64,000 nucleotides of DNA from Candidatus Liberimonas magnetica (GTDB taxonomy: Bacteria; Elusimicrobiota; Endomicrobiia; Endomicrobiales; JAFGIL01). The stretch is from NCBI GenBank assembly GCA_020523885.1, contig JAJAPY010000002.1, positions 236,023 through 300,022 of the forward strand, written 5' to 3'. A program made the translations under genes and the position numbers. Below, in pieces: positions 37,931-47,029 of the stretch (the stretch's first letter is position 1; every line of letters begins with the position of its first letter). The notes below the pieces were generated by a model. The model saw only the letters and a program-made list of their open reading frames with translations, had not been told where the DNA came from and did no database searches.

Positions 37931-39978
37931 ATAAAATAATTCCTTATACCATCCTGCTCGCAGTCCTTATTGCGATATTTTTCTCGCCTATTATATTTAC
38001 AATAAGAGGGATCGCAGGTAATTACGGGGATATTTACCTGCACTACTATCCTTTAAAGCATCTTGTTGCTGAAAACATAATTTCAGGGAAAATACCTCTC
38101 TGGAATCCATATATCTTTGCCGGACAGCCGCTTCTTGCCAACCCGCAAAGCGCTGTTTTGTATCCTTTTTCTATAATTTTTTATATGCTTCCGATACATC
38201 TGGCTTTTAATTATTTTATAGTTTTGCATTTTTTTCTTGCCGGCATATTTATGTATCTTTTGCTTGCGTATTTAGGGTTTTCAGGCACATCTTCTATAGT
38301 TTGTTCCATAACTTATGTTTTTAGCGCTTTTCTTGTTTTTAAAGTCCCTGCAGGCCACCCCGCTGCACTTTCGGGGTATATCTGGTTCCCCAGCATAATT
38401 TATTTATTGGAGAGCATAAAAAGATCCGGTTCATACCTGCATATATTTGTTTTATCTTTTGCGATAGCATTCCAATATTTGTCCGGGCATATACAGCCTA
38501 TTTATACTTCAGTATTGTTTATCTTACTGCATTTTATTTTTAATAGGATCAACTACTGGAAAAGGCTCTTAATGGCTGTACCTGCGGCTGTCATATTAGT
38601 CAGTATACAGTTGATACCGTCTTTAGAATTGTCGCAAGTAGCGGAGACTTTGAACTGGCAAAAGCTTGCTTCAAGCTATTCTCTTCCTTTTAAAAACCTC
38701 GTTAACCTGGTCTTGCCTGATTTTTATGGGAATATAATCAACGGTAACTATATTTATCAAGCGAACCCCAGTTATTTCTTTGAGCTGCATTCATTATACA
38801 TAGGAATAATACCTTTTTTATTGGCGGCCGCCGGGTTTTATATCTCTATAAAAAATACAAAATATTTTTGGCCTATAATAGTGATAGCTGGAGGGTTTTT
38901 GTCTTTGGGAAATTATAACCCTGCTTACAAATTCATGTACTGGGTAGCCCCGGGCTTGCAGTTCGTACGTGCTCCGGCAAGGTTTTCATACTTATTTATA
39001 ACGGGTTTTATAATTCTTTTTGCCGCTGCCTGGGACAAATATCTTAAAAAGCAAAAAAATATTTTAAAACTACTTATATTGTTGATAATAATATTTGACC
39101 TGTTCAGGTACGGCAACGGGTTCATATATTCACAGGATATCTCAAATAGCCGAAGAAAAAGTGAAATAACTAACTATATTTATCCTATGTACAGGATGGT
39201 GACCGAACCAGGTGTTTTACCGGCAGATAAAGCGATGTTATACCATCATTATAATCTAAACGGCTATGAAACGATTTTTCTTCAGGATTTTACACGCTAT
39301 TTAGGGCTGCAGGAGAAAGAGATCATGAGCCCGACAGGGCTTGCAAGGATGGATTTTAATTCCGTTTTAATGAAGGGATTTTCTGTAAGATATAATGTTT
39401 CAACAAAAGACATCAAGAATAGGGACATATTTATGTGTTTTAAAAGCGGGCTAAAACTGTACAGGCAGAATATAGCGATACCCCTTGTCTATTTCCCAAA
39501 AACTACAAAACTTGTACGGGAGGAATCAGGCTATGACCAGATAGAGTACTTAAAAAACACAAAACTGCCGCCCGATGAAGAGATCGTGGTTTCCGATATC
39601 CCGGATAACTTTCCAAGGTTTACTGAAGGCGCTAAAGTCTTATCCTATAAACAATTTTACAACAAATCGGTAACTGAAGTGTCTTTGAATACACCGGGAA
39701 CTTTAGTATTCAGCGAGATATCATACCCCGGCTGGAAAGCCTATTACGATAAAAAGAGTACGAGGGTATACAGGGGAAACAAAATATTTAAAACAGTATT
39801 CCTGGAAACTGCTGGTAAAACTAAAATATACATGTTATTTAAGCCGGTTTCTTATATTTTAGGTTTATATCTGACATTGATAGCCCTGTTGTTTTTTGTA
39901 TTATTAGCAATCTATTTTTTACTTGAGCATTCTAGGCATATATTTAATATGCCCTCAAGGATAAGATCAATTGAATAA
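37927..39978 (+). CDS. YfhO-like polytopic membrane protein, paralogue
   Basis: 683 aa with a GTG start in a GTGA overlap. GKIPLWNPYIFAGQPLLANPQSAVLYPFSIIFY. Same architecture as the upstream gene. Confidence 0.55.
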   Translation: MNKIIPYTILLAVLIAIFFSPIIFTIRGIAGNYGDIYLHYYPLKHLVAENIISGKIPLWNPYIFAGQPLLANPQSAVLYPFSIIFYMLPIHLAFNYFIVLHFFLAGIFMYLLLAYLGFSGTSSIVCSITYVFSAFLVFKVPAGHPAALSGYIWFPSIIYLLESIKRSGSYLHIFVLSFAIAFQYLSGHIQPIYTSVLFILLHFIFNRINYWKRLLMAVPAAVILVSIQLIPSLELSQVAETLNWQKLASSYSLPFKNLVNLVLPDFYGNIINGNYIYQANPSYFFELHSLYIGIIPFLLAAAGFYISIKNTKYFWPIIVIAGGFLSLGNYNPAYKFMYWVAPGLQFVRAPARFSYLFITGFIILFAAAWDKYLKKQKNILKLLILLIIIFDLFRYGNGFIYSQDISNSRRKSEITNYIYPMYRMVTEPGVLPADKAMLYHHYNLNGYETIFLQDFTRYLGLQEKEIMSPTGLARMDFNSVLMKGFSVRYNVSTKDIKNRDIFMCFKSGLKLYRQNIAIPLVYFPKTTKLVREESGYDQIEYLKNTKLPPDEEIVVSDIPDNFPRFTEGAKVLSYKQFYNKSVTEVSLNTPGTLVFSEISYPGWKAYYDKKSTRVYRGNKIFKTVFLETAGKTKIYMLFKPVSYILGLYLTLIALLFFVLLAIYFLLEHSRHIFNMPSRIRSIE

Positions 39979-41263
39979 CTCTTTGTGGCATAAAATAATC
40001 AGTTTGTCATTTTCCCTGACCCTGCTTCTTACGCTAGAATTTGCAGTGCGTATATTCTTTCCCAGGGAAGAACGCATTGAACAGATATTAAGCATTCTTA
40101 ATGAGGATACGGCCCTTTTCTGGAGGCAGAAAAACAACCTGAATACGTTATTTCAAGGGGCTCCCATAACTACAAATTCTCTGGGATTTAGGAACGGAGA
40201 AATAAAAAAAGAAAAAGAGAAGAACTCTTTTAGGATAATATGCATGGGGGCATCTCCTACATTCGGCTGGGGGGTATTAAAAGATGATACATATCCCTGC
40301 AAGCTTGAAAAAAAGTTACAGGGCAGCATGCGCAAATATTCAAAAGTAGAAGTAATAAATGCAGGCGAAATAGGTTACACATCCTATCAGGGGCTTAAAT
40401 TGTTAAGGGATGAAATAATTCAGCTGGAACCCGATATGATCACAGTCTCTTATGTGCTTAATGACGTAGACAAATACCGTTTTTTTCGTAGTAATGGAAA
40501 AAGTGACAATGAATTACTGCCCAAAAACAAACTTCTTGTAAACTGCGGAAATTTACTCAGGAAGAGCAAGTTATACCGCCTCTTGAAGAGAATAATACTT
40601 AGTGAAAGTTCTATTAACAGCTTTTACTTAGAAAATCCGGAAATGGTTCCTCTTGACAAAAGAAGGGTGTCCGAAAAAGATTACGCAGAAAACTTGTCAC
40701 AATTTGTTGACTTTGCCCGCTCTAATTCATTAAAGCTTATATTTATAAAAATGCCTGTTAATCTTCAGTCTTCCAAAAATATTCCGTCGAATAAAGAAGC
40801 AGCAGAAGAAGCAGAAGCTTTGGTGAAACATGCTCTTTTAAACAACAAAGGAAAGAACAACAAAGCATCCTTTGCGGAACTGATAAAAGCAGCTGAGATA
40901 GACCCATCTTCAGGCAAAGCATTATATTTTCTTAGTCTGTATGCCAGGGGAAATGGCAATAAGTTATTATCTGAAAAATATTTAAAGCTTGCCCGGGAAA
41001 AGGAACGTTCCCACTGTGAGTACTTCGGGGGCATTTACAACAGCATTATGGAAAAAATAGCTAAAGAAAAGAACATTCCAATGGTAGATATTGTAGAGGC
41101 TTTTAAAAACTATAATAAGAACGACCCATCATATTTATTTCTTGACCCCAAACAAGACACTATTCATCCAAATGCTTTAGGACACAGGATTATAAGTGAC
41201 GAGATTTTTCGCGCAGTCTTGGAACTAGAAGAAAGACTTGAAACTTTAAATAAAAAATCTTAA
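39971..41263 (+). CDS. SGNH/GDSL-like hydrolase with TPR-like insert
   Basis: 430 aa with a TTG start and an N-terminal TM. Block I-like RIICMGASPTFGWG, block II NAGEIGYTS, block III YVLNDV, block V DTIHPN. Confidence 0.55.
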   Translation: MNNSLWHKIISLSFSLTLLLTLEFAVRIFFPREERIEQILSILNEDTALFWRQKNNLNTLFQGAPITTNSLGFRNGEIKKEKEKNSFRIICMGASPTFGWGVLKDDTYPCKLEKKLQGSMRKYSKVEVINAGEIGYTSYQGLKLLRDEIIQLEPDMITVSYVLNDVDKYRFFRSNGKSDNELLPKNKLLVNCGNLLRKSKLYRLLKRIILSESSINSFYLENPEMVPLDKRRVSEKDYAENLSQFVDFARSNSLKLIFIKMPVNLQSSKNIPSNKEAAEEAEALVKHALLNNKGKNNKASFAELIKAAEIDPSSGKALYFLSLYARGNGNKLLSEKYLKLAREKERSHCEYFGGIYNSIMEKIAKEKNIPMVDIVEAFKNYNKNDPSYLFLDPKQDTIHPNALGHRIISDEIFRAVLELEERLETLNKKS

Positions 41264-41272
41264 TATATTTAT

Positions 41273-41455
41273 ATGGCAAATATACTTGATTACCAAAAAA
41301 TCATATCTAAACCTTTTGCAATCCTAATTGGGCTGTTCATTGTTACATTTTTAGGAGTTACAGATTTTCTAACCGGCACTGAGTTGTCTTTTTCTATTTT
41401 TTATCTAATTCCAATTACATTAGTTACCATATTAGCAGGTTTTAATTGCACATAA
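41273..41455 (+). pseudogene. Truncated 5' fragment of an inner-membrane (sensor-like) protein gene
   Basis: 60 codons encoding two hydrophobic helices (FAILIGLFIVTFLGVTDFLTGTELSFSIFYLIPITLVTILAG), then an abrupt stop. This resembles the N-terminal membrane module of much longer proteins. Confidence 0.35.
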
Positions 41456-41907
41456 ACCAGAAAATAGACGACCAGACTGCTTCCGGGCTTGTCGCAGACA
41501 CAGGCTTGTTATTGAAAGGATCAGCTAAACTTGACCTGGGTTTTTCTGTTTTAAATGTCGGCAGCGGTATAAAGTTTATAAACGAAGCCGATCCGTTGCC
41601 CACGACAATTAAAGCCGGAGTCTGTAATAAACCTACTGAACACATTAAAATAGGTATTGATGCAAGCAAGTCGAACGATGCCGATGCAAATTTTGGAGCA
41701 GGGGCAGAGTATTGTATTAAGGCAGGAGAAAAACTGATGTTTCCGATAAGAGCAGGATATAGAACTGGATATGAAACAGAACAGTTATCCGGGCTTGCTG
41801 CAGGGGCAGGAGTAATGTACAACAGTGTTATGGGCTTTGATTTTGCCTGGGTACCCATGGGAATACTAGGCGACTCAATGAAATTCGGCCTTTCCTTAAA
41901 ATTCTAA
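41446..41907 (+). pseudogene. 3' fragment of a PorV/UPF0164-like beta-barrel gene
   Basis: 153-aa ORF with no signal peptide. Beta-barrel-like C-terminal sequence ending in ...MKFGLSLKF (terminal Phe). It lacks the N-terminal NPAGLG motif region present in the two full-length paralogues. Confidence 0.4.
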
Positions 41908-42098
41908 TGCAAAAAGAAGTTTGCAAATCCTTTACCTGCCTATTACTCAAAAGCGCAAAACACATATAATTTCAATCATATTTTATTAATGTTTATATTT
42001 ATACTGATTTGTACGCAATTTGTTACACAGACTGTTATTTTATTTTTGACAAAAGGCTTAATAATTGATAACATTATTAAAAATATACGGAGGAAATC

Positions 42099-43085
42099 AT
42101 AAAAAAATTAAACAAAAAATTCATTGCCGGCTTTCTTGTAGGCGGTATATTCCTGTTCTTAACGTTAAGGCAAATTGATTTTTCAAGCTGCTGGAAATAT
42201 ATATTGCAGGCTAATAAATACTGGATTCTACTAGGGATGTCTATTTATTTTATTGCTTTTCTCTTTAGAGGCTTCAGATGGAAATACCTTTTAATGCCTA
42301 TAAAGGAATTACCAGGTTTTAGATTAGCTTTTTTGGTTATAATCGGTTTTTTTATGAACAACCTGCTCCCGCTAAGGCTCGGCGAATTTGTAAGGGCAAA
42401 AGTAGCCGGCCAAAAACTTTCTATACCTATCGGGAGCACGTTTGCAACGATAGTCCTGGAACGTTTATTTGACGGTTTAACGTATGTTTTTCTTTTCCTG
42501 ACAATAATTATGTTTCTTCCTTTCCCTGAATGGGCTAAAAAATCAATGTTTTTTGGAGGTTTTTTATTCATCGGAAGCATAGCTTTTCTCTTCTTTTTGG
42601 CAACTCACCAGGACCTGGCTGTAAGGTTACTAAATAAAATTCCTATACATTCAAAATGGATAGAGCGATTGGAAAATGTCCTCATAAATTTCATTAAAGG
42701 TTTGAGTATTTTTAGCCATCTAAGGCTTATCCTAATAGTATCCTTATTATCCATTTGCGTATGGACGGTTGAGGGGACTGTTTTTCTCACATTTACCAAG
42801 GCTTTCGGGCTTAATCTTAATTTATTCCAATGTTTTTTTGTAATGATAATGATAGGTATGGGTGCGATACTTCCGCCCGCTCCAGGATATGTAGGTACTG
42901 TTGAATTCTTAGGTGTTACAGCCCTTTCATTTATTGGTGTTGACAAAAATCAGGGTTTTGGCATGATAGTTACCCTTCATTTTGTACAGATCTCTCTGTT
43001 AATTTGTTTTGGAATCATCTCTTTGATAAAAGAAAAAATAACCTTCCACGATTTAATCCGCTTTGAAAAAAGTACACAAATTTGA
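42099..43085 (+). CDS. UPF0104 / lysyl-PG-synthase-TM-like (flippase-like) membrane protein
   Basis: FRGFRWKYLL and NNLLPLRLGEFVRAKV motifs, with ~8 TM segments. The family-typical N-terminus (KKLNKKFIAGFLVGGIFLFLTLRQIDF) lies upstream of the track TTG at 42204. It is in frame behind GGAGG at 42089 with only ATC/ATA as possible starts. Confidence 0.6.
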   Translation: MKKLNKKFIAGFLVGGIFLFLTLRQIDFSSCWKYILQANKYWILLGMSIYFIAFLFRGFRWKYLLMPIKELPGFRLAFLVIIGFFMNNLLPLRLGEFVRAKVAGQKLSIPIGSTFATIVLERLFDGLTYVFLFLTIIMFLPFPEWAKKSMFFGGFLFIGSIAFLFFLATHQDLAVRLLNKIPIHSKWIERLENVLINFIKGLSIFSHLRLILIVSLLSICVWTVEGTVFLTFTKAFGLNLNLFQCFFVMIMIGMGAILPPAPGYVGTVEFLGVTALSFIGVDKNQGFGMIVTLHFVQISLLICFGIISLIKEKITFHDLIRFEKSTQI

Positions 43086-43158
43086 TATACTTTTATAAGT
43101 TAATCCCTTCGGAACTTGTATAGGGTTTTTAGATTCCTTATAAAAATAATAGGCGTTT

Positions 43159-44148
43159 ATGATATTAACCAAAACACCTCACAGAATATCATTTTTTGGC
43201 GGCGGGACAGACTACCCTTCCTGGTACCTAAAACACGGGGGGAAGGTGCTTGGAGTTGCCATAAACAAATATTGTTATTTAAGTGTCAGAGAATTACCTC
43301 CTTTTTTTCCGCATAAACACTTCATATCCTATTCCGCAATAGAAACGGTAAGCAAGTTAAATGAAATAAATCACCCTGCCGTAAGAGAAGTCCTGAAATA
43401 TCTTAATTATCGTCACGGAATATCTATCCACCATGACGGCGATATACCTGCCAGGTCCGGCATGGGCTCGAGCTCCGCATTTACCGTAGGCCTTCTAAAA
43501 GCCATGTATGCTTTGCTGGGAAAGGTCATATCTAAGAAGGAGTTGTTTGAAAAAGCGATACATATCGAACAAAACCTGATAAAAGAAAACGTCGGGTCCC
43601 AGGACCAGGTCTTTGCCGCAAACGGCGGGTTTAACAAAATCGAGTTCATGCCTAACGGAGAGATCATAACAACCCCTGTCATTATGTCAAAGAAAGGTAT
43701 TTCTACATTTAAAAGCAAGCTCATGTTATTCTACACAGGATTGTCCAGGAATGCGTCCGAGATCGCAGAAGACCAGATAAAGAATATAAAAAGAAATTCT
43801 AAGGAACTTTCACAGATAAAAGAATTAGTAGATGAAGCTTACAAAATAGTCACTTCCGGAAAAGATTCTTTTAAAAGTTTTGGAAGCCTGCTCAATGAGA
43901 CATGGAAATTAAAGAAATCTCTATCGCACAAGATAAGCAATGATTTCATTGATGACATTTATAAAAAAGCATTGAAAAATGGTGCAATTGGCGGGAAATT
44001 GCTCGGCGCAGGCGGGGGCGGATTCATGCTTTTCTACGTAGAACCTGATGACCAGAACAGGCTGAAAAGAGCATTGAATAATTATCTTAATATACCTTTT
44101 GATTTTGATTTCGTAGGTTCGGATATTATATTTTATAAACAGTTTTAA
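43159..44148 (+). CDS. GHMP-family sugar kinase (HddA / heptose-7-phosphate-kinase-like)
   Basis: 329 aa. TKTPHRISFFGGGTDYPSWY N-terminus, GHMP motif PARSGMGSSSAF, and a C-terminal GAGGGGF motif. Confidence 0.75.
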   Translation: MILTKTPHRISFFGGGTDYPSWYLKHGGKVLGVAINKYCYLSVRELPPFFPHKHFISYSAIETVSKLNEINHPAVREVLKYLNYRHGISIHHDGDIPARSGMGSSSAFTVGLLKAMYALLGKVISKKELFEKAIHIEQNLIKENVGSQDQVFAANGGFNKIEFMPNGEIITTPVIMSKKGISTFKSKLMLFYTGLSRNASEIAEDQIKNIKRNSKELSQIKELVDEAYKIVTSGKDSFKSFGSLLNETWKLKKSLSHKISNDFIDDIYKKALKNGAIGGKLLGAGGGGFMLFYVEPDDQNRLKRALNNYLNIPFDFDFVGSDIIFYKQF

Positions 44149-44205
44149 GACATCCTAACTAAGAATCAGGATGTCTTGATTACAGATTAAAAGAGATTAC
44201 ACAGA
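44148..44205 (+). repeat. Hairpin + GATTACA element, copy D
   Basis: AAGACATCCT-aactaagaatc-AGGATGTCTT, then GATTACAGATTAAAAGAGATTACACAGATAAGAC. Confidence 0.7.
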
Positions 44206-44235
44206 TAAGACAAATATTAAACCAGGAGCTATATT

Positions 44236-45174
44236 ATGAGCTATAAAATACTCGTGACCGGCGGAGCAGGTTATCTTGGTTCTGTTCTTGTGCCTTATTT
44301 GCTTAATAAAGGGCATAAAGTTACGGTAGTTGATAATTTTTTATACGCTCAAAGTACTCTTGTCGAGAACTGTTACCTTGAAAATTTCAGTGTTGTAAGA
44401 GGCGATGTCAGAGATGAAGCCACAATGAAACGGTTGTTGAAAGATAAGGATGTTATAATACCTTTAGCCGCGATAGTAGGCGCTCCTGCATGCAACATGG
44501 ATAAGGTAGCCGCACGGTCAATTAACACTGAAGCGATACGGTTCATTTCGGAAAATATAAGCAAAGAACAGAGAATAATAATGCCTATAACGAACAGCGG
44601 GTACGGGATCGGGCAGAAAGATAAGTATTGTACTGAAGAAACCCCGCTAAACCCTATATCGTTTTATGGAATTACTAAAGTAGATGCTGAAAAGGCTATC
44701 CTTGAAAGAGAAAATTCTATAAGTTACAGGCTTGCAACGGTGTTTGGGATGTCGCCTAGAATGAGGATAGACCTTTTAGTAAATGATTTTGTTTACAGGG
44801 CGGTGAACGACCGTTTTGTCGTTATTTTTGAAGGGCATTTCAAGCGGAACTACATACATATCCGCGACATAGCAAAGGTTTTTATGCACGGCATAGATAA
44901 TTTTGAAAAGATGAAAGGCCAGGCATATAACGTCGGTTTGTCGGATGCAAATATTTCGAAGCTTGAATTATGCGCAAAGATCAAAAAATACATACCCGAT
45001 TTTGTATACCTTGAATCGCCTATCGGTGAAGATACTGATAAGCGCGATTACGTAGTCTCCAACGAAAAGATAGAAAAGACCGGGTTTAGACCGGATTTTT
45101 CGCTTGATATGGGGATAAAAGAACTTATGAAAGGTTTTGTTATATTGAAAAACAGCAGATATGGGAATATATAA
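44236..45174 (+). CDS. Extended-SDR NAD-dependent sugar epimerase/dehydratase/reductase
   Basis: 312 aa. ILVTGGAGYLGS Rossmann motif and YxxxK (YGITK). Confidence 0.8.
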   Translation: MSYKILVTGGAGYLGSVLVPYLLNKGHKVTVVDNFLYAQSTLVENCYLENFSVVRGDVRDEATMKRLLKDKDVIIPLAAIVGAPACNMDKVAARSINTEAIRFISENISKEQRIIMPITNSGYGIGQKDKYCTEETPLNPISFYGITKVDAEKAILERENSISYRLATVFGMSPRMRIDLLVNDFVYRAVNDRFVVIFEGHFKRNYIHIRDIAKVFMHGIDNFEKMKGQAYNVGLSDANISKLELCAKIKKYIPDFVYLESPIGEDTDKRDYVVSNEKIEKTGFRPDFSLDMGIKELMKGFVILKNSRYGNI

Positions 45175-46123
45175 AAAATCAAAAATATACGTAGCAGGCC
45201 ACCGGGGATTGTTGGGGTCTGCTTTAATGAAAAGGCTGAACTTAGAAGGGTATAAAAATATAATAACCAGATCTCATAAGGAACTTGACCTGACAAAGGC
45301 GGAAGCAGTTCGTAGATTTATCGGCAAAGAACGTCCCGAAATAATATTCTTGGCCGCAGGGCTTACCGGCGGCATATTAGCAAACAAAACACATCCTGCC
45401 ACATTTTATCAGGTAAATATATCCATTCAAAATAACGTATTTCAGGCTGTTAATGAATATAAGGTAAAACATCTCGTATTTTACGGCTCTTCATGTATGT
45501 ATCCCAGTAAATATAAAAAGCCTTTGAAAGAAGAGTATCTCTTGACCGGCAAAATAGAAGAAACCAATGAAGCCTATGCAGTAGCTAAGATCGCCGGAGT
45601 TCTCGCCTGTAAAGCCTATAATCAAGAATATAAAACAAACAGGTTTATTGCCCTGGTACCGAATTCGTTATACGGGCCTAACGATGATTTTAGTTACGGC
45701 TGTTCTCATGTAGTTGCTGCGTTAATAAGAAAAATACATGAGGCAAAAATAAAGAATAAGAATAAGATCGTACTTTGGGGCAGCGGTAAACCGAGGCGGG
45801 AGTTTGTTTTTGTTGATGATATAGCCCTTGCATCGGTATTTGCTCTAAATAACGCCGGTAGGCTTGAAAATACACATTACAATATCGGAACCGGCCACGA
45901 TTACACGATAAAAAAATATGCGGAAATGATCGCTGATATCGTGGGGTATAAAGGCAGTATAAAATGGGACAGAACAAAACCCGGCGGCACTGCAAGGAAA
46001 CTGCTGGACAGCGGTAAATTCAGGGCATTGGGATGGGAACCTAAGGTCGGCATAAAAGAAGGATTGATAAGGACCTACGAGTGGTTCAGGGAAAATTACG
46101 GTTCAATAGGAAAGGGTATTTAA
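45161..46123 (+). CDS. fcl: GDP-L-fucose synthase-like 3,5-epimerase/4-reductase (Fcl/ColC family), catalytically intact
   Basis: 320 aa. IYVAGHRGLLGSA, GSSCMYP, NEAYAVAKIAG and CSHVV retain the Ser/Cys/Tyr/Lys/His positions known from E. coli Fcl. Confidence 0.8.
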   Translation: MGIYKKSKIYVAGHRGLLGSALMKRLNLEGYKNIITRSHKELDLTKAEAVRRFIGKERPEIIFLAAGLTGGILANKTHPATFYQVNISIQNNVFQAVNEYKVKHLVFYGSSCMYPSKYKKPLKEEYLLTGKIEETNEAYAVAKIAGVLACKAYNQEYKTNRFIALVPNSLYGPNDDFSYGCSHVVAALIRKIHEAKIKNKNKIVLWGSGKPRREFVFVDDIALASVFALNNAGRLENTHYNIGTGHDYTIKKYAEMIADIVGYKGSIKWDRTKPGGTARKLLDSGKFRALGWEPKVGIKEGLIRTYEWFRENYGSIGKGI

Positions 46124-47029
46124 GTGAGATCAGCGGATATCGGCGTTATTAAAGGCCTATCGAAAAAAATTGATAAAGCGGTTTTGCTTGAAATATTTAA
46201 AAGGATATGCAAAATAAAATATTTTGAGCAGGGAGTGATAGATGCCGGCAAGGACAGTTTCCTTACTTACCAGGTGTATCTTTCATCCGGACAGGAATCC
46301 ATACCTGCAGCGGTTTCAATGGCTATCCCTGAGTTCATGATATTTGCGCAGCACAGGTGCCATGGCACTTATCTTGCCTGGGGAGGGTATCCGGAAAAAC
46401 TCAGGGACGAACTTTTAGGCCTACCTACGGGCGTAAGCGGGGGCAAGGCAGGGTCAAATTGCCTTCAATGTTTTGATAACGGCATAAAGATGTTCGGCCA
46501 TCACGGCTTGATCGGCGAAAACGTGCCTCTTGGCGTAGGCGCGGCTCTTGGCAGCGGAAAACCAGTAGTTTGTTTTTTCGGCGACGGAGCTGCAGAAGAA
46601 GATTATGTTTTTTCTGCCATGGGGTTTGCGGTAACACATAAACTCCCGGTGTTGTTTATCTGTGAAGACAATAACTTATCTATACTTACCAAAGTAAAAG
46701 AAAGGCGTTCCTGGAGCGTAGCAAAAGTAGCCGGCGCCCTTGGCATGCCGGCCTTCGAGTTCTCGGATGACCCCTGGACTATATATTCAAAAACCAGAGA
46801 GCTTAAAACTTCTCTGCCTGCTTATCTAAATATCTTTACATGCAGGCAGTACTGGCATGTAGGCTGCGGAGTAGACGGCCCGCCGGAATGGGACAGGTTT
46901 TCCATAGTTAAGGATGAACTTTCTAAACTCGGCTATAAAAAAGAAATTGAAGAGACAGAAAATAACATGAAAAAAGCTATGGGGCGAGTATGGGATCAAA
47001 AACAGTTGCAGAAACTATTAAAGAAATAA
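46124..47029 (+). CDS. Thiamine-diphosphate-dependent dehydrogenase/decarboxylase E1 alpha-like subunit
   Basis: 301 aa with a GTG start. TPP motif GDGAAEEDYVF...LFICEDNN. Confidence 0.75.
   Translation: MRSADIGVIKGLSKKIDKAVLLEIFKRICKIKYFEQGVIDAGKDSFLTYQVYLSSGQESIPAAVSMAIPEFMIFAQHRCHGTYLAWGGYPEKLRDELLGLPTGVSGGKAGSNCLQCFDNGIKMFGHHGLIGENVPLGVGAALGSGKPVVCFFGDGAAEEDYVFSAMGFAVTHKLPVLFICEDNNLSILTKVKERRSWSVAKVAGALGMPAFEFSDDPWTIYSKTRELKTSLPAYLNIFTCRQYWHVGCGVDGPPEWDRFSIVKDELSKLGYKKEIEETENNMKKAMGRVWDQKQLQKLLKK

Noticed and set aside
41273-41907. Considered reading the two fragments as one frameshifted gene.
   Set aside because: The 5' part looks like an inner-membrane helical module and the 3' part like an outer-membrane beta-barrel C-terminus. 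These do not belong to one protein family, so I treat them as two separate remnants.
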